64,000 nt of DNA from Hormiphora californensis (lineage: Eukaryota; Animalia; Ctenophora): NCBI GenBank assembly GCA_020137815.1, contig CM035355.1, forward strand, positions 3,596,001 to 3,660,000. Direction: 5' to 3'. This document shows positions 35,686 through 48,500 of this stretch, one piece after another. A program made the translations under genes and the position numbers. Under the pieces are notes generated by a model. That model made no database searches and had not been told where the DNA came from. It worked only from the letters and a program-made list of their open reading frames with translations. Each line of letters opens with the position of its first letter. Within the stretch, counting starts at the first letter, position 1.

Positions 35686-37785
35686 TCAAAGGTTGAAGTC
35701 AAAATTGTCCAGTGTTGGTGTTCTTATGGGTACCCTACAACCTCTCAAGCTCCTCAAAGTTGACCTAAGGATGGAGAATCTCAACTTTTGCTTTATTGTA
35801 GCCATTACCTCTGGATATCTTTCTCCGTGTTTTTCCTCAATCCTTGAGGCAGCTTTCTTCAGGGTTTTCATGAATTCGTCTCCGAGTCCTCCTGTAGTTG
35901 ACATTATCAGAGGGGTGAATGAGCCCCCTTCCACCATCTGTACTCTCCTCATGTAGCTTCTCTTCTTCCTCTGTTCATGGTCTCTGTACAGAGATGTTGG
36001 AGGTGTTGAGAGATATGATGCAGAATTGGCATGGACAACTCTGACATCGAAGAAGTTCAGTTGTTCAGGCTGCCACAATCCGGTTCCGACAATGTCCATA
36101 CGGGCATCCCTATCTTGATTTGTCCAATGTGGGAGCCTTTCGGCAAAGTCATCACAAGGTTGCAGGAGTCGTTCAGTCTCTACTCCTTTCACACCTGCAT
36201 AGCTGAGAATTTCAGCTGTAGCGTCTCGGATCTTGTCGTGTCTCATGATTGTGTATCCTCCTTTGGCACAACTGAGGGCGTGGTTTACATCGTTGTCCTT
36301 ACCGCATGCACATCGGAGGTTAAGATCAGGGAAGTGAAGTCCGAATCTTAAGCGCATAGCGTCATGGAATTCCTGCTTCGTGAGTTCGTAACCAAGACTA
36401 TCGATTGGCCGAGCTGTTAGCCATGAGGATGCTCCTGGTTCAGTGTTGAGAGCTAGAAGACGCTGGCCGTAACTATCCATCATTGTGTGGATGATCTTGA
36501 AGTTTGCTTGATGTCTGGTTTTGGTGGCTAGCTCACACTCTGTAATCTTCTCAGAAACGGCTTTGTCTAGTCGAGCGACAACTGCATGATCATGGATTTC
36601 TTCAGACAGTAAGTGGTTGACCAACGGTTCTGTGCAAAATCTGGAGTGGGTGTAAGCATGGTTCGCAGTTTCGACAGGGTTGTCCAAACCTAGTCCGCCC
36701 ATTCTGACCGGTAGAGCCAACAAGCAGCGTTGCTGATCATTTACGTGGGTGCCTAGTAGAACCGGGATCAGCTCGTGTCTAATAATGTCCTCCAGGGGCT
36801 TGAAGAGCGTTCCAATGTCTGGAACTGTTCTCTGAACATATCCCCATTTGAACTTCAGATTTCTTGTGAAGTTGGAGTAGGCTAGATGAGGATGGGTGCG
36901 ACCAATGCTAACCAGATTTTTCAACGAGTCAGCCCAACCTGCGACTAGATCCATAATATATTCACTTCTGAATTCTTCTGATCCGATCACAGCTCCCAAG
37001 TGTCTGGCTCCTCTCTTAGTGACAGTGACTCCCGTATCCTTGAAAAGGTTGATCGCCTCATCGTAGTATTCCGGTTTTACTATTAGGATACTCTTCCCTG
37101 GGTTGACGTGGTATCCAAATGACGCACCGTTGATGTATACGTCCTCGTACCAGTCAAGTAGATTGGAAATAGTTCCGGCCGCATTGCCGTCATCGGCAAA
37201 CCAAGCTTGAAAGGTATCATGTTGCTCTACTAGGTCGATTAGAGGAGCGATACCTACACAGTATAATCCCATAGAAGAGGGAAATCCCTGGGTGGCACCT
37301 TCTTCACTGCTCAGGATATTACCTCCAGTGTACAAGTCGCGAGGGGAACCATAGAGGTTGGTGAAAAATGTGTTCATGATGGGGCAGACCACACTGGAGT
37401 GATATAAAGCCAATTTGCGATTTAACGAGTTGAAGGCATTGCGGGCGTCTAGGAGGAGTACTCCCTGGCATTCCGGGCTTGAAAACTTGTCGTTGAGCGC
37501 ATGTATAGCTGCCTCACAGCCACCATTTGTCCCTGCGGCAAGCTGGAACTTCCCTGCCGTCACCTGAATTTCTTGCTTTTGACTTCTCATAACTGATTTG
37601 GCCAAAACTCTCCTCCAAGTTTCACCTATTCCAATAGGTCGAGTGCCACCATCGGATTTCGCCATGGGTATGAGTTTGGAAGCGCAGAAGATATCAAGGA
37701 ATCGAGGGTGGATGGGACTGGTTGCTAACTTCCGGGCCACCATGCTGAGACTGTCACGGAGGTCGGTGGTAGCCCCTTCTCTTCA
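35686..37785 (-). mobile_element. CRE-like non-LTR retrotransposon, 3' part: RT + Zn knuckle + restriction-like endonuclease
   Basis: RPIGIGE, LDARNAFNSLNR, GATQG, WFADD, HLGA, CACG..HALSC, RHD, RMDI, FDVRV, KKRSY. Confidence 0.9.
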
Positions 37786-37799
37786 TACTCTACACCCGT

Positions 37800-38800
37800 G
37801 ACCTAGAGAAGATTGCTCAGCTGTACAATCTAAAGATACATATGTACGCAGACGATACACAGCTCTCTATATCTTTTGTGCCTCAAAACCTACTTTCAGC
37901 TATGAGCCAGGTACAAAAGTGTGTTGCCCATATCAGACTATGGATGGCTCAAAATCTTCTTAAGTTGAATCCTAACAAGACGGAGGTCATGATACTTAAA
38001 AACAAATGGGATAAATCGTTAGCTCCTGATACAGTCGCCATAACAGAAGATGAGGATACAGTTGTAACTGAAGTAGCAAAGAACCTGGGAGTAATATTTG
38101 ATAAAGAGCTAAACATGACCAAGCATGTAACACGGATAGTCCAGATGGGCAACCTACAGTTAATAAACATGTGGAGGATAGCTAGCAAGCTTAACAAGAA
38201 TCAGAAGACTCTTCTTGTCAATACCCTGATACACTCCAGGATCGATTACTGTAATGCCCTACTCCTTGGTTCGAAGGAATCTGATATAAAACGTCTCCAA
38301 GTACTCCAAAACAGGGCCACACGATTTATATACGGTCAGCGCAGCAGAAGAGGTGTAACCGAATTGAGAAAGAAATCCCACTTCCTTCCAATCAACCAAC
38401 GCATCGAGTACAAAATGTGCCTAATGGTATACAATGCACTAAATGGTAAATCTCCATGCTACATCACTGAGATGATCCAGAAGAGGCAGGCAAAGTCCAA
38501 GAAACTCAGAGTAGATGAAGACGACACAAGGTTAGAGGAGTACCACTGCAAGTACAAGGTTACTGAGAAAGCATTTAGCATTGCTGCACCAAAACTCTGG
38601 AACAGACTTCCAAAATTAATCAGGAAATCGGAGTCTGTATCAACATTCAAGAAATCACTGAAGACTCATCTGTTCAACGTTGCCTATGGCTGACTTCTGA
38701 TCCTACGATACCATACACGTCATATACCTAGTATGATCGTAACCTGAATGACCTTTCGATTTCCTCTGACCTCAGAATCCTTTCCTAAATCCTAACCTCC
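37800..38800 (+). mobile_element. CR1/L2-type LINE 3' fragment (RT C-terminus)
   Basis: YADDTQL, LKLNPNKTE, KNLGV, SRIDYCNALL, APKLWNRLP, FKKSLKTHLF. Confidence 0.88.
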
Positions 38801-39545
38801 ACCACCCATCATATCCTCCACCATCCATCCTATCCTCCACCATCCGTCCTATCCTACACCATCTGTCCTATCCTCCACCATCCGTCCTATCCTCCACCAT
38901 CCGTCCTATCGTCGACCATTCGTCCTATCCTCCACCTAATATGCTCTATCCTCCACCATCCGTCCTATCCTCCACATTTCATCCTATCCTCCACCATCCG
39001 TCATATCCTCCACATATCCTCCACTATCTGCCCTATCCTCCACCATCCATCCTATCCTCCACCATCCGTCATATCCTCCACTTTCGCCCTATCCTCCACC
39101 ATCCATCCATCCTATCCTCCACCATCCGTCATATCCTCCACTTTCGCCCTATCCTCCACCATCTGTCCTACCCTCCACCGACCACCATTCGTCCTATCCT
39201 CCACCATCCGTCCTATCCTCCACCATCCGTCCCATCCACCATCCGTCCTATCCTCCTCCTCCATCATCCGTCCTATCATCCACCATCTGAAATATCCTCC
39301 ACCATTTGTCCCATCCTCCACCATTCGTCCTATCCTCGACCATCCGTCCTATCCTCCATCATCCGTCCCATTTTCCACCATCCGTCCTATCCTCCACCAT
39401 ATGTCCCATCCTCCATCATCCGTCCAACCCCCCCCCCCCCTCACCATCTTTCCTATCCTCCACCATCCATCCTTCACCATCCATCCTATCCTCCATCATC
39501 CTGTTTCCTATCCTCCATCATCTGTCCTATTTCACCACCATCCTG
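38795..39545. repeat. ~19-bp degenerate satellite (atcctccaccatccgtcct)
   Basis: Directly visible. Confidence 0.85.
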
Positions 39546-40002
39546 AGTTAGGAGAGATGTCCTTCACATATTTGTCCAGAGCTAGGGTTTTTTTGAGTGC
39601 ATATTCTTGTTCGTTTGTGTGTGGTGGGTGTATGGGTTAGTAGGATCTTGGCAACCGAGATATGGGGTAGAGTCTGAGGGTAGTGGAGAATTGGCCGAGT
39701 ATGGGCCAGGAGAAAACAGTTACAAGAAACGTGTACCGTTACGAAAACGGCTGAAAGTGCAGCTATTCCTGCAGACTGTAAATGAACACTTCGAAAGTGA
39801 TGATAAGTACGTGTTTATCAATGACAATCTTACTATTTATATGTTAACAATGTGTGCTAAACATGATTTACTGTTTCCAAGTAGTCTAGGTATGCTGTGT
39901 CCGTTTGTGTGTGCACCTTTGTGTTCTCTTGTGTGATGACCATATTGTTGTGTAATAGAGCATGTAAAAGCAGTCATCTAATTTTATTAGATGATTTTGG
40001 AA

Positions 40003-40054
40003 ACAAACTGAGTGAAAGAGATAAAGATTGAGTGAGAGAGAGAGAGAAAGAGAA

Positions 40055-40129
<75 letters not shown>

Positions 40130-40355
40130 TGTGCAGTAGTCACTACTGCACAGTGCACACGCCCTAACCCTTATCTTTTCTTCCCCTCTGCAACTATAGG
40201 TCACGTGATCGTCACGTGATGGCACCACACCAATGAGCCGTCCCTGCATCTGCTTTCCCTCTCTGCCTTCGAGTTATCTCTTTTCCTATCTCGCTCTCTC
40301 ACACACCACACACACACAGGCGCGGGCGCTCAGAGCGTAAAGAGAGACGAGCTCG

Positions 40356-40454
<99 letters not shown>

Positions 40455-40486
40455 CACTTAATCTTTATCCCGTTCACTCAGTTTGT
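40003..40486. mobile_element. Foldback/MITE whose inverted arms include (GA)n/(TC)n tracts
   Basis: caaactgagtgaa..gataaagatt.agtgagagag vs ctctctcact.aatctttatc..ttcactcagtttg. Confidence 0.7.
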
Positions 40487-40759
40487 AATGTTTGTAATGT
40501 TCACACTGTGTGCGTGTGACTAGAAAGTGTTTAATTTTTCACATACCACTGCAGCGGTATTTACTTTATAATTACTAGTGTTTTTGCAGTGGTCTAAAAT
40601 TTCACAGTACACTTTAACCACCGGAAACGGTGTACTGTGAAAACTTAGATAACCGGTTAAAATTGTCTAATAAATTAGTAGTTAATAAGTTAGTTAAAAA
40701 CATGCATACACACATACTTCACTTCACACTTATGTCTTATTTCGCAATTTAAACCTCTG

Positions 40760-41569
40760 ATATCCTCCACTTTCGCCCTATCCTCCACCATCTGTCCTAC
40801 CCTCCACCGACCACCATTCGTCCTATCCTCCACCATCCGTCCTATCCTCCACCATCCGTCCCATCCACCATCCGTCCTATCCTCCTCCTCCATCATCCGT
40901 CCTATCATCCACCATCTGAAATATCCTCCACCATTTGTCCCATCCTCCACCATTCGTCCTATCCTCGACCATCCGTCCTATCCTCCATCATCCGTCCCAT
41001 TTTCCACCATCCGTCCTATCCTCCACCATATGTCCCATCCTCCATCATCCGTCCAACCCCCCCCCCCTCACCATCTTTCCTATCCTCCACCATCCATCCT
41101 TCACCATCCATCCTATCCTCCATCATCCTGTTTCCTATCCTCCATCATCTGTCCTATTTCACCACCATCCTGAGTTAGGAGAGATGTCCTTCACATATTT
41201 GTCCAGAGCTAGGGTTTTTTTGAGTGCATATTCTTGTTCGTTTGTGTGTGGTGGGTGTATGGGTTAGTAGGATCTTGGCAACCGAGATATGGGGTAGAGT
41301 CTGAGGGTAGTGGAGAATTGGCCGAGTATGGGCCAGGAGAAAACAGTTACAAGAAACGTGTACCGTTACGAAAACGGCTGAAAGTGCAGCTATTCCTGCA
41401 GACTGTAAATGAACACTTCGAAAGTGATGATAAGTACGTGTTTATCAATGACAATCTTACTATTTATATGTTAACAATGTGTGCTAAACATGATTTACTG
41501 TTTCCAAGTAGTCTAGGTATGCTGTGTCCGTTTGTGTGTGCACCTTTGTGTTCTCTTGTGTGATGACCA
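40760..41569. repeat. Near-identical direct duplicate of 39131-39942
   Basis: Identical ORF translations at 39607 and 41234; differs visibly only in the poly-C run length. Confidence 0.9.
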
Positions 41570-41974
41570 TTTTTTAAGTAACTTATTTAACTTAACTTAT
41601 TTGTGTTTTGTGTATGTCTTTATTTTTTTTTGGGTGTTGGGGTATAAGTGTGAGTGTGAGTGTGAGTTTGAGTGTGAGTTGTGTGTGTGTGTGTGTGTGT
41701 GAGTGTGTGTGTGTGTGAGTGTGTGTGTGTGTGTATGTATGTGTGGTGGTGTCTTGTAACTATAGTATTTTTAAATAACTTATTCGCCTTTTTCTATTCG
41801 ATTTTAGTAATTTATTAAATCTGGTTAAATCTATCTGTCCATTTAGCTCTCAGCTCATTGTTACCAGTCTCATTGGTTCGTCTGTGTGTGTTTGTCCCGC
41901 TTTAGGTAACTGCTGTTGTGCTATTAGCCTCGGCCTGGAAGCGTATATTAATGTACTTAATTTTTAACTATATT

Positions 41975-43815
41975 GGTTTTTCCTACGATTAAGAACCCCC
42001 ATGGGGACAAAGACTCCTTATCCAACTACCGTCCAGTCTCCAACCTACCGTTTATCTCCAAATTACTGGAAAAGGTTGTCCTAGAGCAGCTGAACTCATA
42101 CCTCAATGAGAATGAGTTACTGAACAAACATCAATCGGGTTATCGGGTGGGACATAGTTGTGAAACACTCCTGATGGGTATGTTTGATGATTTACTACGA
42201 GACCTTGATGAAGGAAAGGTCACTGGCCTCTTTCTTTTAGACATGAGTGCCGCCTTTGATACAGTGGACCATGGGAAGCTGCTAGAGACTCTGGAAGGAC
42301 GTTTTGGAGTGAAAGGCTCTGTGCTGGATTGGTTTGCCAGCTATCTACAGTGTAGGAATTACCGAGTTAATGTGGAGGGGGAGCTTTCGAGGATCATCAC
42401 GCTGATATGTGGAGTTCCACAGGGGTCACTGCTTGGGCCGGTATTGTTCTTGTTGTATGTCGAGGAGCTCCAGGACTTGGTTAGACCCTTTGGTCTGAGG
42501 ATTAAGCTATACGCCGATGACTCTCAACTGTACATCAGTCTTGTGCCTACTGACGAGGATGGTTGGAATGCAGCGAAGGAGAGGATTGAGGAGTGTCTAT
42601 CAAGTGTGAAACTGTGGATGAGTGATCACTGGCTTAAGTGTAATGAGGCAAAGACAGAGTTTTTACTGTTAGGTAAGAGCAGTGCTCTGGATAAGATGGT
42701 CTTCCAGCCCACAGTAAGCTTTGGAGGAGTGGAAATCAGCCCTATGGAATTTACTGGATCTGCAGGGAAGACCCTGGGTGTATTCCTTGACAGTAACATT
42801 TCGATGGAAAGGCAGATCAACAGTGTTAAGAAGCAATGTGGAATGCTTCTCAAGAATTTGTGGCAGGTTAACCGATGTTTGGATAAACCGACCAAGATGC
42901 TTCTGGTGAAGCAACTCATCGTTTCGAGACTTGACTACTGTAATGTCCTTTATTCTGGCTTACCAAAGAAGCTCCTGGATAGCTTGCAGCGAGTTCTGAA
43001 CTCATGTGTCAGATTTGTGTATGGCCTGTATGGTCACCAGGACAGTTACATGCCCTACTTGAGTGAAATGCACGTCCTCCCGATTGAACAGCGAGTTAAG
43101 TTCAAGGTTTGCTTAATGGCGTACAAGATTGTACATGGCTTGGCTCCAGTGTACCTGCAGGAACAGGTCCCTGTGGATGATGGACTACATGTGATCCGGA
43201 CTACCAGAGGAAACGCTCAGCCTGATGGCCTCAAGCTGAGGTATCCTAAGCTATCCAGTGTGAATGCAACTTCTAAGTTGAGGAGGAGACGTCCGTCGGT
43301 TTATCTGCCTGAAATCTGGAATAAGCTTTCCATTGATCTGAGAGCAATTGACTCTGTGGACTCTTTCAAGTCTAAGCTAAAGACTAGTCTCTTCATTGAG
43401 GCTTTCGGTGAATCCTGATTGTCCTAGGAGTGTTCTCTCCATCTTACTGAGGTTTGTTCTCTAGCTGGTACCTGTTTTATTTTTTCTGTATTTTGGCTCG
43501 TGGCGAGCAGAAGTGTGAAGCACGTTTTGGGTTTTTTCATAGCACGAGTGTTTTCTATCTATTGGACTTTTAAACCATCTTTTTAGAGTTCCAGGACTCT
43601 ATCTCAGTCTGTTATGTTTTCAGTTACCGATAGTTATGTGGGCCGTTGTTTTTTTTTCTTTACCATTTTTTGTGCAATATTAAGGATAAGTCGGCAGGTA
43701 TATTCAAGTATGTTAACCGTTCAGATCATCCTTCAGTGACAGCAACAGTTCTACTGCTCTGTCCCTGTCGGATATGGGCGGAATACAAACATAGTTATTA
43801 TTATTATTATTATTA
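41975..43815 (+). mobile_element. CR1/L2-type LINE, 5'-truncated, complete RT domain, (TTA)n tail
   Basis: NYRPVSNLPFISK, QSGYR, LDMSAAFDTVDH, GVPQGSLLGP, YADD; tail at ~43795-43815. Confidence 0.92.
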
Positions 43816-43900
43816 CGTATAGTGTAAGAGCGGGAGAGTCATATATTTTTCTTATATTGACTCGATATAAATTGTGAAGTTCATATTCATATTCATATTC

Positions 43901-45210
43901 ATCTTTTAAACTTCCTAGAACAAAGGATCCGTTGGATGCCGACCGCGTCTAATCCACTCGGGCCTGAAGATCCTCGCAGGTTTCTGGCACATTTGTAGAT
44001 CGACTCGCCTGTAATTTTGTCGAAAGTTACAGGAAAGTGCATGTTTGGAGGCCCGTGTAGAGTCGATTTACTGCTCATGGGGCATGAAGGTGGGTGCTTG
44101 TTCTCCAGGTCTTCTAACACTTTGGGAGTGCATGGCTTTGGTCCCAAGGAATGTCTCTCTGATTCCAGCCAACCAGTGGCTTCTGATGACTGACCACGCC
44201 TCATGAGATTTATAAATCTGTCATCACAAGCAGACTTGGACTGGGTTAAAATGCGGGAACAGAGTGGTTTCTGGATAGCTTGGCCTTCTTTGACCAATTC
44301 GTCGAATTTACCATTCGACCAAAGCTCGAGTCTTCGCTTCAGGTGCACTTTGTGTTCTTCTGGAAGGCTTCTGCAGAATTAAAGCGGGTGCCAGAATTGT
44401 AGCTGAGAGGGCGTAACATTCAGATTCAGGATCCGATACGAACAGTTTCGTGAGTCGAGTCAGTTCGTCTAAGAAGGATTGCCCTTCTTTCCCAAAGGGT
44501 ACCAGGAACAAGTTCGGAGTCCAGCTACTCGTAATCCTCACTATCTCATCAAACTTGCTGATAAGTTCCTGCCCATTGAGGTTTTTCCATACATCACGTT
44601 CTGAGATCTCTGGCAGAGGGGTTTCGGGTGGGTTAACCAATTTACACATTGAACATATGGTAAATGGAGGAGTCACAGAATCTTCACTTTCGGTTGATGT
44701 ACATGACGGGTGTATGTATCCTAGGCAAGCAGTGCATTTGCTAAATGCTCCGTAGTATATCGTTTTGCTGCACTCTACACATTTGAAATCCACAGTGAGT
44801 GATTCCCGAGTTTCGCTAATGAAGTGGTCAATCGAAATGTTCGGGGTTAAAAGGCTAACATCTCCTGAGAATGATACCTCAGACTCGGAGTTGGAGCAGT
44901 TCGAAATTTCACTGGATGGTGTTCCGGGAAGAAATGTCTTCAAGTATGAATCAGGACGAAACGGGAATTTGGTCGGCGTCGAGCAACGTGTATCTGCGCC
45001 ATGACGGGACATTTCCTACCGCTGCTAAACTAAATGTTCCATCCAAGATGCACAAGAATCTGGAACAGAAGCTGAGGGAATCTGGAACATTTTTACAACA
45101 TTTTTACAACATTTTTACAACATTTTACAACTGTTTTTTAAAATTTTTTGGGATTTTTTGAGCATGAAAAGTTGAATTGCATTGATGACCGCGCGCCGCG
45201 CCGCAGCGCT
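43901..45210 (-). mobile_element. 5' part of the CRE-like element (PHD-like finger, pre-RT region), one frameshift
   Basis: CVEC..CTAC..HPSC..CSMC; LILQKP; LKRRLELW; SSGPSGLDA; joins in frame to 37780. Confidence 0.82.
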
Positions 45211-45543
45211 TTTATTATTTTTTAGCGGATCACATTAACACATCGACATTGATCGATTGATCACAACAGGCCGTCGGCGGCAGACAGCAAATAGAAACCG
45301 GAGTTTGACTGTACGTATAGCACTGCAGTTGATAACAAAGAGAGAGTCGTAAATCTAAGCCAACAGAAGATTTAAAACATATGAAACAATCAAAAATCAC
45401 AATCTACACAAACAAACTTTTAACGTCATCAATGATCATTATTGATCTACATCATGTATATATTCTCTGGGAATCAAAGCCTTATAATTAATAATATTTC
45501 TCCTCTGCAAAGTCCCGCTTATATTTAAAATCCCTGATACGAA

Positions 45544-48500
45544 TCACTGGCCGGATCCACCGGGCCAGGCGTACGCGTAGGCAAAAGCGCCGAGGGCAAA
45601 TGTCGAGGAAACAGCGTACTTGGTGAATCCAGTCGATGGGGTACCTGGGGAGAGATTAATTTTGTCAAAGGATGTTATATAGGGGAATAATATAGGAAAG
45701 AGGGGCAGAGAGGAACAAAGAGGGATGTTCATGGGTCTAACATGACACTATTGGCCACGATGGTGGTGCATCATCAATTGCTCTAATGTTTCAGTAAAAA
45801 CATGCTCATGCTGCACTGCTGATATATCATACGTACGTGTTCTACATACTGGGTTTGTAGTACGCGAGCGAGTACATGAGATTCTGTTTCCACTCCGCAT
45901 CGTAGGGAGGGTATCTGAGGTTGTTAACACTCTCCATCCCAATGGGTCGGTGGAGGACACTCTTGGCGTGGGAGAACGTATCAAATGTGGCCTTGCCGTG
46001 GTACGATCCTGCAGTGGAATGTGTCATTAGTTACTAGAGGTACTACTGGCAGGGGGAGGAGGTGGAGGCAATATAAATACACCAGATCAAATACGAATTT
46101 CATTGCTTTTTTTTATTCGACGTTTAATAAATCATGTCTTATTGCTAGGATAACGTACCTATTCCACTGTTTCCAACACCTCCAAAAGGCAGAGTTGGAA
46201 CCATCATGTGCATGAGAGTGTCATTGATGTCCAAAGTTCCACTGGATATCCTCTTCTTGATCTGAAAACATAGGCAATTAGTTACCATGGTTACCATGTA
46301 GGATTTAGGGTGCTACACAAGATTTGCTTCCTATAATCTCAGTCAAAACTAAAACTTTAGAGTTTAGGTAAAGCTCATGTCTCTAAACTAACCAGGTCGA
46401 TATGTTTGGCGTTATTACTAAACAGATATGTCACCAGGGGTTTCTCCTTTGCTCTCAGGTCCTTCACCACAGTGTTGAGATCATCATACTGTAGTACAGG
46501 CAGGATAGGACCGAATATCTCGTCTGTCATCAACTCGGAAGAAAGGTCAGGATTGGTCAGGATAGTTGGGGAAATGAACCTCGTCTCGGGGTTCGTCTGG
46601 CCGCCTGCAGAGAGTGGTACTTTAATTGGTGGACTGGAGAGTCGAGAGAGCTGGAGTGGACTATGATTGTCACTATCTGTCAATGTACCCTTAGTTTCAC
46701 GAACAAAAACCTGTTTTCAAGGATTCAAATGACTGGCAAGGTGCCACCACACAACTTACCAACTTCTGCGGTTCCCATTTCAAGGAGTTTGGTGAGACGG
46801 TTGTAATGTCGCTCGTTTACAATCCTCGCAAAATCTTCACTTTTCTCAACATCATCTCCATACATGTCTTTGATATGTGCCTGATAATGTTCTTCGTGTT
46901 AGCCGTTAGGGTCTTGTGATATTAATTTCTCTTGTCATATTGATTTCTCTCAAAAGTTTGAGCAGGGATGTGGCGGATGGAATTGAACTACCACCTCAAA
47001 TCTCCCTAGAGTTAAGTCTCTGGATCTTCTAGTGGTACCTTCTCATCCCAAATCTCCCTTCTTACCCGGTAACGCTCGATGAAGGCAGCGTAGTGTTTCT
47101 TGTGACAATAAACGTAATCTGGAGCAATACACGTCTGACCAGCGTTCACGCACTGAAAAAGTGAGAATGCTATTTTAGCTAGGGGAGAGGATGTTACTTT
47201 AACTAGTGGAGAGGATGTTACTTTAACTAGTGGAGAGGATGTTCCTTTAACTAGTGGAGAGGATGTTACTTTAACTAGTGGAGAGAATGTTACTTTAACT
47301 AGGGGAGAGAATATTACAAACCTTTCCCCAGGCAATCCGTTTTGCAGCAGTGTCCACATTCGTAGTTTCATCGACAATAACGGGGCACTTTCCACCTAGT
47401 TCCAGTGTTGTTGGTGTCAGATGTTCAGCTGCAGCCCGGGCCACAATCCGCCCAACACTAACACTTCCTGGGAAGAGGGAGGGGCGTTAGAAATAAGCAC
47501 TAACACTTCCTGGGGGCGGGGGTGTTAGAAATAATGAGAAATAATAAAACTCGCTTTTTTCCTCTCTAAATAATCTTATCTCTGCTCTCTGTTATTATAT
47601 TTTTATTAGATTTTTACCTCCCTAATTTCCCATCCCTCATGCTGTAGATTCCTTTATGTAGCAGATTTAATGGTGTTATGTATGCCCGGGGTATGCCCCT
47701 GAATGAACTCGTCGGGTCCGGGTGGTCGCATAATCGAATAAATTGTGCAGTGGAAAACTTTTCCGTATTATTTGGGCAGAAAACAAACTCCCATTTTTGT
47801 TGTGTTATAGTTGTGTTAGATGATATTGAGAACAAATTTGAACTAAAATATTTCCCCTTATTCAGCCGCTACCATGTCCAAGATTGCTGTGATTATCATT
47901 CTACTGGCTATGGTTATAGCGCTAGCGAGCGCGTACAAGAGGGGAGGATATGATGACAGAAGAGAGATGTCAGACAGCGCTGTTTTCACTACTTCTTCTG
48001 TGACCTTGCTTCTCCTTGGTCTGGCTGCCGCAGTGATGCAGTACGTGTTCTAGAGAGAGAGAGACTCACAGTACGTGTTAGATAGAGAGATCTGAGACAA
48101 TGTTCTGACAGCGTTCTAGAGAGAGACAAATACCATGACTGATCGTAGATGGTTGATCTCGTTTTGCATGATACAGATAGCGTTTTTATTATCCACACCT
48201 AACCGTGTTTGTGGTGAAAATTGTATCCTTTGAAAATATTCAATTATACAGTTTCTAAAAGTTAGATTTGTGTTTTCAGTAATTTAGCGTGGCTAGTTTT
48301 TATGAAATGAATTATGGGGGAAGGAAGGAAACACTCTCGAAACACGTAGCCAGGCCACGGTTACACAACACATCTATGTAACCATGGTAACTATGTGTGA
48401 GAGACTGTATAACCACGGTAACTGCACAACATGTGTGTGTAACTATGGTAACCAATGTGTAACATACCGGTAAAGAAGATGTGATCCCAGCGGATTTTCA

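Noticed and set aside
38941-39936. Pro/His/Ser ORFs and the duplicated 109-aa ORF
   Set aside because: Satellite-derived or lacking any domain; they lie within a TE nest
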